Origin: Paraspadella gotoi
Lineage: Eukaryota > Animalia > Chaetognatha
Length of the DNA stretch: 15,205 nucleotides
Assembly (NCBI GenBank): GCA_051294375.1
Contig: CM119270.1
Location: 3,078,812-3,094,016 of the forward strand
Reading direction: 5' to 3'
Both the position numbers and the translations under genes were made by a program. Of this stretch, positions 1 through 10,250 are shown piece after piece (positions within the stretch are counted from its first letter, which is position 1; each line of letters opens with the position of its first letter). A model generated the notes under the pieces. The model saw only the letters and a program-made list of their open reading frames with translations, did not search any database and had not been told where the DNA came from.

Positions 1-107
1 AGAGAGAGAGAGAGAGAGAAAAAATGAGAGCGCATGATCCTCGTCATAACTTTTTCTAACAACTATTTTGTTTGTTTCAAATTTTATTCCAGTTGTTTTC
101 TCCTTCA

Positions 108-645
108 ATTCTTATATTCTTCTATTTAATTTTCCTATTCATCTATTTAATTCTCCTATTCATCTATTTAATNNNNNNNNNNNNNNNNNNNNNNNNNNNN
201 NNNNNNNNNNNNNNNNNNNNNNNNNNNNNNNNNNNNNNNNNNNNNNNNNNNNNNNNNNNNNNNNNNNNNNNNNNNNNNNNNNNNNNNNNNNNNNNNNNNN
301 NNNNNNNNNNNNNNNNNNNNNNNNNNNNNNNNNNNNNNNNNNNNNNNNNNNNNNNNNNNNNNNNNNNNNNNNNNNNNNNNNNNNNNNNNNNNNNNNNNNN
401 NNNNNNNNNNNNNNNNNNNNNNNNNNNNNNNNNNNNNNNNNNNNNNNNNNNNNNNNNNNNNNNNNNNNNNNNNNNNNNNNNNNNNNNNNNNNNNNNNNNN
501 NNNNNNNNNNNNNNNNNNNNNNNNNNNNNNNNNNNNNNNNNNNNNNNNNNNNNNNNNNNNNNNNNNNNNNNNTATTCTTCTATTTAATTCTCCTATTCTT
601 CTATTTAATTCTTCTATTTTTCTGTTTAATTCTCCTATTCTTCCG
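108..645. repeat. 21-bp minisatellite (CTATTCWTCTATTTAATTCTC) spanning a 400-N gap
   Basis: About three units on each side of the gap at 173-572. Confidence 0.85.
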
Positions 646-886
646 TTCTCCCAATTTTCTCCATTTTTAGTTCTACAAAAAAAAATATTTTTAAAAGAAT
701 TTAAATAAAAAAAAAGAAGTAAATATCATAAACTTTACATTCATCGTTAAAAATAACTAGATTCTTACTTCCAGTAAAACAATTTAAGCGAAGAGTTAGA
801 AATTCTCTCGAATAACGGATGAAGCAACATTCGAAAGTTTTTTACATTTAAAATTTGAAAATTTAACCCGAATTTACTATGTTTGT

Positions 887-888
887 CT

Positions 889-926
<38 letters not shown>

Positions 927-984
927 GCTCTCTCTCTCTCTCATCTCTCTCTCTCTCTCCTCTCTCTCGCTCTCTCTCTCTCTC
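887..984. repeat. (CT)n microsatellite
   Basis: Imperfect dinucleotide run. Confidence 0.95.
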
Positions 985-1003
985 AATCTTCCATTCTTTC
1001 CAG

Positions 1004-1091
1004 TTTAAATTAGAGACGTCTCCCGGTGTGACCATAGCAAAGAGAATTCCACAGTTTTCTCCAATTCTGACCAGCATCTCTTGGAAGGACT

Positions 1092-1127
<36 letters not shown>

Positions 1128-1156
1128 TCGAAATTGACAACCTCCCCAGAGTTTAG
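1004..1156 (+). CDS. Candidate terminal exon (FKLETSPGVTIAKRIPQFSPILTSISWKDY-D11-VEIDNLPRV*)
   Basis: A long polypyrimidine tract ends in TTCTTTCCAG| at 1003. The phase-0 frame is open for 50 codons to TAG 1154-56, and (GAC)11 reads as poly-Asp. No homology recognised. Confidence 0.3.
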
Positions 1157-1985
1157 GAAGTTTTTCGCTCCCGATCGGCTGTTCGTGTCGTAGGTTATTT
1201 GATTCTGTTCCGATCGGTTGTCTCTACAAATTTTCATTTCTTTCTGGTTTCATTTCGGGGTGCAAGTGTCTTATTCGTTCTTTTACTTAAATGAGGGCTT
1301 TATTAAAAAATAGTTAAGATAAGAGATATATTGCTCTGTGAATTTTTCATTTACTTTAAATCAATAACCATCATATCGCACAATTGTTTTTATTTTACTG
1401 TATAAGTTATATTCTTTTCTTATTGTAACTTTTTCGTTCGATCGATTTTAAACATAAATTTTATTCATTTCTTTGTTTTAATATTATTTATTTTAGTCTC
1501 GTTTAATTTGTAAACATCTTGAGGTCAGATTTCAGGCAATGTCAGTAATTTTTCCTCCAAGTATCGTAAACTCGCTGTCGTCTTTCTATCAGTCGTAATT
1601 GGTCTTTCTTTCTGTCATTTTCTTTCGTTCATTTTTTTTTTTTGCGGCTCGAATTTCAACGACATTGTGAGTTTAGATGAGAGGAGATGAGATGGATAGA
1701 GAGTAGAGGAGACTGAACGATGAGGAGGAGAGAATGAGAGAAAGATGAGAAGAGAGAGAGAGAAGAGAAGACGAGACGAGAGAGAGATGCAGAGAGAGAG
1801 GCTTGAGGGAGAAGTGATTTCTTTGCCCCAAAGGTCGATGCCAATCCGCAAGAAAGAAGGAGGAAGAAGGCGATTGGAATGAGAAAGCGGAAGGAGAGAA
1901 AGAAAATAAAAAGAAGAAGAAAAAGAGGCAAGCGAAATAAAAAGGGTAATAAAAAATCGCTACTAAAAACCCTTTCGGTTGCGAA

Positions 1986-3103
1986 ACCCTTTTCCTTTCC
2001 TTTTCCTTTCCTTTTCCTGTTCCTTTTCCTTTCCTTTCCTTTCCTTTCTTTTATCCTTTCTTTTCCTTTCTTTCCTTACCCTGGGTCCTTTCCTTTTTTC
2101 CTTTCCTTTTTCTTTTCTTTTCCTTTTCTTCCTTTCCTTTTCCTTACCTTTTCCTTTCCTTTCCTTTTTCCTTTCCTTCCTTCCTTTCCTTTCCTCCTTT
2201 CTTTTCCTTTTCTTTTCCTTTTCTTTCCTACCTGTCCTTTCCTTTTCCTTTTTCCTTTCTTTCCTTTTCTTCCTTTCCTTTCCTTTCTTTTTCTTTCCTT
2301 TCCTTTTCACTTACCTTTCCTTTCCTTTCCTTTTCCTTTCCTTTCCATTTCCTTTCCTTTCCTTTTTCCTTTCTTTTCCATTTTCTTTTCCTTTTCTTTT
2401 CCTTACCTGTCCTTTCCTTTTTCCTTTCCTTTTTCCTTTTCTTTTCCTTTTCTTTCCTTTCCTTTCCTTTACCTTTTGCCTTTCCTTTTCCTTTTTCCTT
2501 TCCTTTCCTTCCTTTCCTTTTCCTTTCCTTTCTTTTCCTTTTCTTTTTCCTTTCTTTCCTTACCTGCCTTTCCTTTCCTTTTTCCTTTCTTTTCCTTTTC
2601 TTTCCTTTTCCTTTTCCTTTCTTTCTTTCCTTTCCTTTCCTTTTCCTTTTTCGTTTCCTTTCCTTTCCTTTCCTTCCTTTCTTTTGTCCTTCTTTTCCTT
2701 TTTTCGGTTTCCATTTCCTTACCTTACCTTTTCTTTCTATTTTACTTTCCTTTCCTTTCCGTTTTCCTTTCTTTTCCTTTTTCTTTCCATTTCCTTTCCA
2801 GTTTCTTTCCTTAACCTTTCTTTTCCTTTCCTTTCCTTTCCTTTCCTTTCCTTTCCTTTCCTTTCTTTCTTTTTCTTTCCCATTTCTTTACCTTTCCTTT
2901 CTTTTCCTTTTTACTTTCCTTTCTTTTTTCCTTTTCCTTTTTCCTTTTTCTTTCCTTTCCTTTTCATTTTTCCTTTCTTTTCCTTTTTCTTTCCATTTCT
3001 CTTTTCCTTTTTCTTCCTTTCCTCTCCTTTCCTTTTCCTTTCCTTTCCTTTCCTTTCCTTTCCTTTCCTCTCCTTTCGTTTTATTTTCTTTCCTTTCCTT
3101 CTC
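1986..3103. repeat. ~1.1 kb polypyrimidine/polypurine low-complexity tract, (TTTCC)n-like
   Basis: Almost only C and T on the + strand; source of the F/P/S/L-rich and K/R/E-rich pseudo-ORFs. Confidence 0.95.
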
Positions 3104-3608
3104 ATTGGCAGTTGCGGCGTTGGCCTGTTTTTTCAAGCGACCGCGCTGGCGAATCACTATTGCCAACGATACAAAAAGTCTTTGACGCGCGTTTTGATAA
3201 TCAAATTAAAAAAATTATTTAATCATTCCATAAATAAGCGATGTATGCATCCTCTTGTCTCTTATGGATTAATTATTGTAATAGTTGTGCCAATTTTTTA
3301 AACAAAATCAATGCAAGCTTTCAATTAAAACTCTTTTTCAGTATATGAAACCCCAGAGAATACGGGCTTCTTACAAATCAATTGGTATAACATTTCCTTT
3401 CCTCTTTTGAGAATCGTCTTTCTCTTCAACGACTCCGGCCTCTTTTCCGGCCAAACATCCTTTCCGGCATCTCCTCATCAGAAATCTCGGCAAAGCGTCG
3501 CCCCAATTTTAAGTCATCGACGCATCCGCTTCCATTTCTAAGAAATCGGCTGAGATTCCGGCGAATCCCATTCCCGGCGCCGGTAGCCCTCGATTTGTCC
3601 ACGCGTAG

Positions 3609-3752
3609 CGACATCGTTTCGTCACTTCTCAAGACGGGCAGCCCCGACAACATCGGCAGCACCGGCAGCACCGGCAGCACCGCCAACACCGGCAGGGGGC
3701 CCCGACTCCCCGTCAACAAAAGCCAACGCGTTTTCGTAAATTGGATTCTTGC
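3609..3752 (+). CDS. Candidate internal exon with a (QHR)5 repeat (RHRFVTSQDGQPRQHRQHRQHRQHRQHRQGAPTPRQQKPTRFRKLDSC)
   Basis: Bounded by a weak acceptor (CCACGCGTAG| 3608) and a donor (GC|GTAAGA 3752/3753), 144 nt, phase 0-0. All differences between the 9-nt repeat units are synonymous in this frame. Confidence 0.3.
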
Positions 3753-4193
3753 GTAAGAGTCACTAGTCGGTTTCAATCCCCAGCTTTTTACGAGTCTTAA
3801 CCGATAGAGGGCCACGAATGACCGAACCACGCAACGTCACCCACCATGTCGTGGCAATCGGTCCAAGGGGGGGAGGCAGGGCGCCACTACACAGCGGGCG
3901 CTTCGCAACGGCCCCCTTCTCGCCTTCCCCCTTGGTTTCGTCTCCGTCTCTCGATTTTTTTCCATTTTCGCTGTCAAAGTCGAACCAACCACATCGTGCG
4001 TTTGAGAGAGGAGGAAAACTATAACAAGTCTACGATGAGAGACAAGGAAGATCTGGCTGCCTGATACATGAGAGAGACGACTCTAGTGTAAACTCTATGA
4101 GGCTGCGGAAGAGAGAGAGAGAGAGATGGTAGACGGGATGAGATGAACGATGAGATGGAGGAGGGAGAGAGATGAGGGAGATAGAGCGGCGAT

Positions 4194-4216
<23 letters not shown>

Positions 4217-4227
<11 letters not shown>

Positions 4228-4362
4228 AGAGCAGAGAGAGAGAGACAGGGAGTCTCTTTCGCTCTTAACGTCAGAGTGGAACGTCAGGAGTGGGTGACGT
4301 TCGGAAAGAGAAGAGAGAGTTTTTTGTCTGTATCTTTTCGGCAGAAACTCTCTCTCTCTTCT

Positions 4363-4438
<76 letters not shown>

Positions 4439-4556
4439 TTTCGACTCCAAAACTTTCTCAGTTCGTCACGCTTGGGAGCCGCAACGTGATCCTTTCGCTT
4501 TATATCTCTAGAGATGAGAGAGAGAGAGGAAGGAGAGAGAGAGAGAGAGAGAAGAG

Positions 4557-4589
<33 letters not shown>

Positions 4590-4789
4590 AGAGAGATGGA
4601 TCCCTAACCTCTAGCGATTTGTCACCGTCGGTGTGGCGACGTCATTTGACGCTCAAATCTTTCGCGCTATTTGTCTCTACTTCCGGTTTATCGATCGAAG
4701 CTCCGATGGCATCGTCGTTGTCGTCGTCGGTCGTTTGTCATCGTCCTCGTCGTCTTCGTTGTTGTCATCGCCGTCGTCGGTCGTCGTCC
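4217..4789 (+). repeat. Copy 1 of a ~575 bp direct duplication (GA/CT blocks with unique spacers)
   Basis: Unique spacers (for example CTTTCTCAGTTCGTCACGCTTGGGAGCCGCAACGTGATCCTTTCGCTTTATATCTCTAGAGA) recur at 6291-6876. Confidence 0.95.
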
Positions 4790-4930
4790 TTTAATCCCGG
4801 CTGCTGATAAGATTACATGGAGTTGTATCAGGCGGAGCGGCGGCCAGCCGCCTCCGCTGAGGGGTCGACATCGACTCAACTTAGCCAGACGGGTTAGTTC
4901 GGTCGGCAAATCGTGATCGAAGCAGATCAA
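4790..4930 (-). mobile_element. Possible 3' end of a non-LTR retroelement (stacked hairpins running into a (GAC)n tail)
   Basis: The minus strand reads ...CTGATA-N16-TATCAG CAGCCGGGATTAAAG GACGACGAC..., preceded by several hairpins. It starts exactly where the two copies of the duplicated block diverge. Confidence 0.35.
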
Positions 4931-5269
4931 GACGAAGGTTGAAACAAACGGAGCGACGCTTTTGCTTTCCTGCCAAGAAAGAGTCCTTCATCCAGCAAGA
5001 AATCGGCATGTTTTATTCCCTAAGTTGAGTCTTTGGGTTGGCGACCGAGAAATTCGCACATTGCATTGTAAGCGCCATTCTGTAAATGACTACTTAAGAC
5101 CTATATGCAGACATTTTATCTCTCCACACCCGGTTATACTCTGTTGCTTCAACGAAATATTTTTGTGTCACTGAGAGGTCACCTATTCTCCCTATTATTT
5201 TCACAAATTAGTTGGTCTTAGTTTAAATATCAAGACGATGAAACAATCTAAAGGATCAGACAACGGGTT

Positions 5270-5974
5270 TTATACAATTTTATTTACGTTTTTTCTTATG
5301 ATAATGAGAAGAATATTGGAGCGGTACGAAAACCAATTTGTTTGCGGTACGTTTTCATTGTAAACTGAATAGATAAAAATGTTGGCCTCGCGCGCACGTA
5401 GAAGCATGCTTATATCCGGTGGAAGAGACTTATCTGATTGTGGGCGCCAGGCACGCGATAGTGCCTCGAATAACCCAAGTACTGCGCCAGACCCGAGAGG
5501 GCGGGCGACGTCATATTGCGGTCGGATTTGCAATGCGTCGGAGAGTATGGACAGCTTTTCCCACTCATCGAAGTTGACGAGCGCGAGGCGCAACAGTCAG
5601 CGATCAGGGGCGGCCGTCGTGTTCGGTGTCGTTGGTAATGGCGGACGGTGTGTCGGAACGAGGACGTTGGTCCGGACAAATCGTGCGCGATGACTCAAGT
5701 TTCGAACCGCGAGCGTTTTCTCGTTTAAGTCCATAGAGCTTCCCTCCTCCACGTCGTTGTTACCATTGTCTGAAAGATGCATGAAAAATTTGGATTCAAT
5801 GGTAAGGAAAACCGTGTTTATTTGCGGAGGTCTGGCCAGCATTTCTCCATCAGCTTGTCGCGCAAAAGGCGCCCAAGAGTAAATCCCGAATTTGGAGGTG
5901 TAATTGAAGGACTCGCCAAAAGGGGAAAGAAAGAATGCATGATGAGGGGCGAGCTCCGCGGTTCGAAATTCCGT
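5270..5974 (-). pseudogene. Interrupted 235-codon reading frame of unknown origin (possibly a decayed mobile-element ORF)
   Basis: Track ORFs 5597-5842 and 5270-5593 are in the same frame, separated only by one TGA (5597-99) and one sense codon. The frame stays open upstream to 5974. The sequence is non-repetitive; no domain recognised. Confidence 0.3.
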
Positions 5975-6290
5975 TCAGACGCTTCAGGTCATGAATTGTC
6001 GGACTGCGCCGATCCAATGGCGTCTTTGAGATTCTACAAACATGGAAAACGATTATTTCGGAAAACGGCTGGTCAGAAAGACGGAAACTTGATTCAACAT
6101 TTTATCTGCACCATTTTTCGTATCACTCCGTGTCAATCAACATTTTTCGAATCTGATTTTTTCGTTCAAAATTTTTTGCAAAGAAGGCGTCAACTTCTTT
6201 TGCAGCCGAGCGTAACAACCATCACGAACCTGCGTTGTTCTACATATCGAAGGAGAGAAAGTTTCNNNNNNNNNNNNNNNNNNNNNNNNN

Positions 6291-6471
6291 AAGAGAGAGA
6301 GAGAGCAGAGAGAGAGAGAACAGGGAGTCTCTTTCGCTCTCTTAAACGTCCCAGAGTGGAACGTCAGAAGTGGGTGACGTGGTGAACGAGAAGAGAGAGG
6401 TTTTTTGTCTGTTCTTTTCGGTCAGAGAAACTCTCTCTCTTCTCTCTCTCTCTCTTCTCTCTCCTCTCTCT

Positions 6472-6524
<53 letters not shown>

Positions 6525-6631
6525 TTTTCGACTCCAAACTTTCTCAGTTCGTCACGCTTGGGAGCCGCAACGTGATCCTTTCGCTTTATATCTCTAGAGA
6601 GAGAGAGGAGAGAGAGAGAGGAGAGAGAGAG

Positions 6632-6680
<49 letters not shown>

Positions 6681-6876
6681 AGATGGACTCCCTAACCTCT
6701 AGCGATTTGTCACGTCGTGTGGCGACGTCATTTGACGCTCAAATCTTTCGCGCGATTTGTCTCTACTTCCGGTTTATCGATCGAAGCTCCGGATGGCATC
6801 GTCGTTGTCGTTCGTCGTCTGTTTCATCGTCGTCGTCGTCTTCGTTGTTGTCATCGCCGTTCGTTCGTCGTCGTCC
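6291..6876 (+). repeat. Copy 2 of the ~575 bp direct duplication, starting at a contig edge
   Basis: Same order of spacers and microsatellites as 4217-4789; differences are mostly 1-2 nt indels; begins immediately after a 25-N gap. Confidence 0.95.
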
Positions 6877-7776
6877 AGTGATGGAGCGGAATGCACGCAA
6901 TCACTACTTTTTAATCACGTGATTGAAATTTAACTCGAAACTTTTCTCTTTTTTCTTTTTTTTTTTCTCTCATTTAAACTTTTTAAATTCGGATTTCGTT
7001 TCGTTGCGACAACAAAATATTGATTTCCGAACTTTTTTCTCATCTTCCCCCCCCCCTACACCAAAAAAAATTTAGCCTGTCCGAATCTGGGGCAAGATAG
7101 CCTATTTATATATTTATTATTAACGGATAACTTTTATATTTTTTTGTACCAATTTCATAAAGTTCATCTCCAATTGATTCTAATATTCCCGATCTCATAC
7201 TAAAGCTAAAGGAGTGGTCCTTTTTAATACATGTGAAACCTACTGTTGTCCATTTCATACGATTCTGAGCCTTGTTTATTTTTATTTATTTTTATTTATT
7301 TTTTTTTTTATTTTTAGTGATAATTAGTGCTATTAGTCTTGCTCAATGCTTATTTATTGTTTTGTCTGTCAAATTGTTTCTTTTATTTCAGAAATTTTTT
7401 TTTTTTCAGCGAACAAAGTTGTTGGTTTGGTTTGTTTGTTTGTTGTTTGTTTGTTTGTTTTTGTTTTTCATTCCCATATTTTTTTCCGTTGTTCTTTCTT
7501 TTGTTTCCTTCCAATCTCATTTCTCATTCTTATTTCCTTGTTCTGCTCCGCTAAGTTTTTCCTTGTTCTGCATGCCATGTTCTTTCCCGCCTTTTTTCCC
7601 CTCTTTTCCTCTTTGTCATAACCTCCTTGTTCCTCGCCATGTTTTTTTTTCCATGTTATTTTCCGACTTTCGCTTCGTCTCATTTTTTTTTCTTCCCAAA
7701 ATATTTTTCACGTCAACTCGTCTTGTTCTTACGTATTTGTGTTTCTCTCGCCATGTCTTGACTTCAACTTCTTCGC

Positions 7777-7852
7777 TAAGCAACGCCACGCATACGCCAC
7801 GCACGCTACGCTACGTTAAGCAACGCCACGCTACGTAAGCCACGCAAACGCC
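7777..7852. repeat. Degenerate pentamer array (ACGCC/ACGCT/ACGCA)
   Basis: Repeated ACGCN units; TAAGCAACGCCACGC occurs at 7777 and 7817. Confidence 0.75.
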
Positions 7853-8116
7853 GGGCGTGATTCTACGTCGCCGAAAAGGTCGCCGCCCCCCCCTCTCTTC
7901 CTCGTTTTCCCTTCCCCCCTCCCTTCTTCTCCCCATTTCGATCCCCGCCTTTTTCCCCTCTTCCCTCCTCTCCCCATTCTCCCTATCCCCTCACCTCCTT
8001 TCCCTCTCCCCCTTTGCTACTCCCCTTCTTCCTCTTCTCTTTTTCCTCGTTAACAAAAAGGGAAAAAAATGGTCTGGAGAGAATGTCAAACGTTTGCTCG
8101 CGCATATAATCTCTGC

Positions 8117-8117
8117 T

Positions 8118-8201
<84 letters not shown>

Positions 8202-8297
8202 CTCGACGGCTCGCATGCGGCGTCACGCCCTTCGGCATCTCGGGGCTTCCGGATTTCGCGAGACGGCTCTCTCTCTCTCTCTCTCCTTCTCTCTTCT

Positions 8298-8351
<54 letters not shown>

Positions 8352-8360
8352 TCCTCTCTC
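8117..8360. repeat. Two (CT)n microsatellites flanking a CpG-rich spacer
   Basis: CT runs at about 8117-8198 and 8267-8360. Confidence 0.95.
8198..8267. promoter_or_regulatory. Putative cis-regulatory motif cluster
   Basis: TCGCATGCGG (NRF1-like) 8211-20, CGTCA (CRE half-site) 8221-25, CTTCCGG (ETS core) 8246-52 and TTTCGCGAGA (one mismatch to TCTCGCGAGA) 8254-63, all within 55 bp and 1.4 kb upstream of the 9690 ATG. Confidence 0.35.
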
Positions 8361-8549
8361 TTCCTTTTCTTTTGCCGTTGGGTCAGGATTTTCTCATCAA
8401 TAGCTTTGGATTTACAATCTAAACTCATTTGTAATATTTCTTTTAATCGAAAAGTAATTCTCACTCTCTCTCTCTTTCTCCTTTATTTAAATAATTTTTG
8501 ATACAAGTTTTTTTTGTTTGTCTTCGTATTCTTATCTTATATTGTTTAC

Positions 8550-8552
<3 letters not shown>

Positions 8553-8646
<94 letters not shown>
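8553..8646. repeat. (TTA)n microsatellite
   Basis: About 31 perfect units. Confidence 0.97.
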
Positions 8647-8647
<1 letters not shown>

Positions 8648-8961
8648 TTATTAACATTTCCATTTCGCATTCCAGCCACAATTTCTTTTTCTTTCCAGAT
8701 TTTCCGCGAGCGAACAATGTTTTCAGCGAGAGCGAAATTCGGCTAAGACGAGATCCCGACAATAAGAGGATTTCCAATTTCTTTTTTTCCGATCGAAAGG
8801 CAGGGATCCTCTTTTCGCCGCCCCTCACCCAAACAGCAGCAGAACTGACTGACTTTTTTACTTTTCCGCCCTTTGGAGAAAATCAAAAAGTAGGGAAGGT
8901 AGGGTTCGGAAAATCTCCCTGCAAATTCTATCATGTGAAACGCTTCAAAAATCTCTACGGT

Positions 8962-9085
<124 letters not shown>

Positions 9086-9689
9086 GCGACGCCAGAGTCC
9101 GTAGCGCTCGCGGATCGATTGTAAACAACGCAAGAAGAACAGGGTACTACTTTCTTCACTTCTTAGAAAAAATCTTCGTAGAAGCAGTTGATGAATAAAC
9201 TTATCATGGATCGGAAAATCATTTTTAAAACTTTTAATAATCTCAATTGACAATTGTTTTGATATAAGCAATAGGCACCCCTTTTTTTTACATCTCTCTA
9301 CATAATTAAGGCGACGTAAAGAAAAAAAAGAAAAAAAAACCAAAAGACATAATTTATCTTCTTTACGTCTTAAGCTAAAAAAAATTAATTAGGGCGGCCA
9401 CCTTCCAGTTCCGCATAATCGAAGTTCGTATATATTTTTATACCAAAAATAAAAAAAATTAAAAAATATCGTCACTTTATTAAGTACAACCAAAAAAAAT
9501 AAAAACAATAACGAAACTCCGCATCAATAAATAAAAGAAAAAATCAAAATAAAGCAGATTTAAAAAATAAAGCGCCTTAAAAAAAAAGGAAAGAATACAA
9601 AATTCCCGGCTTCAAAGAATAAAAAGTAATCGACGATAATTTCGTCAACGACGACGACGACGACGACGACGAATTACTACCAAGAGGCG

Positions 9690-9854
9690 ATGGCGGTCAT
9701 GCAGGCGTACAACTCACTTCCGGCGACGCTGACGCTGCAGAGCGCCATCGGCGGCGGCGGCGGTGACGCCAATCCGCTCGTCGCCTCGGCGCTAAAGACG
9801 AACCAACAGATCTTCGCGCTCAACAACAACAACGATGCCGGATCCGACGAAGAG
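9690..9854 (+). CDS. Probable first coding exon of an unidentified spliced gene (MAVMQAYNSLPATLTLQSAIGGGGGDANPLVASALKTNQQIFALNNNNDAGSDEE, 55 aa)
   Basis: ATG in good context (GCG ATG G) with an in-frame upstream stop (TAA 9627-29). Third codon positions are strongly G/C against A-rich flanks. It ends exactly at a codon boundary on a consensus donor, GAG|GTGAGG (9854/9855). Downstream exons were not identified and could lie in the 11690-12404 gap or outside the window. Confidence 0.6.
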
Positions 9855-10060
9855 GTGAGGGGGGGGCGGGCTGTTGTTGTCGTCGTCGTTGTCGTTGATA
9901 TCCTATGCTTTCCTTGTTATTGTTTGCTATTTAGTAACATTTTAGGTTCTATTTGGAACCGATTTAATTTTAAAAGGACCAGTTAAAAAATGGACCTTAT
10001 TTTCCTGGAACGTCCCATTTTATCTTAATTATTGGAATTAATTATATTTTTTTTAATTAA

Positions 10061-10250
10061 AGATTAGGTTGAAGGTTAATGATTAAGGATTAAATTTTGG
10101 ATTAGGTAAATGATTATGGTTAGGGATTACATTAGTGATTAGGGTTGGGGACTGTTTTAAAGTTAAGGGCTAAAAATCAATGATAATGATTTAAAGTTAG
10201 GATTTAAAAATAGGTTAAGTTTGGGATAATGGATTCAAAAGAGGTTTGTG
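10061..10250 (+). repeat. Degenerate TTAGG(G)-like low-complexity tract
   Basis: Recurring ATTAGG, GTTAGGG, TTAAGG and GATTA words; C nearly absent. Confidence 0.55.

Noticed and set aside
68-670. ORFs spanning N gaps (also 11676-12431)
   Set aside because: Open only because of runs of N.
1879-3301. Long ORFs of 311 and 440 aa and their antisense K/R/E-rich ORFs
   Set aside because: A C/T-only tract cannot contain stop codons; the translations are low-complexity artefacts.
3450-3500. Hammerhead-like words on the minus strand (CTGATGA...GAAA)
   Set aside because: Stem II lacks the G-C closing pair next to GAAA, and stems I and III cannot be formed convincingly.
3426-3830. Minus-strand 134-aa ORF, the NPIY word in another minus frame and the ALDLS word in another plus frame
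   Set aside because: Short motifs are expected by chance, and the repeat-unit differences are non-synonymous in those frames.
4217-6876. LTR retrotransposon (direct repeats as LTRs)
   Set aside because: No TG...CA termini, primer-binding site, target-site duplication or gag/pol motifs; the repeats are microsatellite-rich and one starts at a contig edge.
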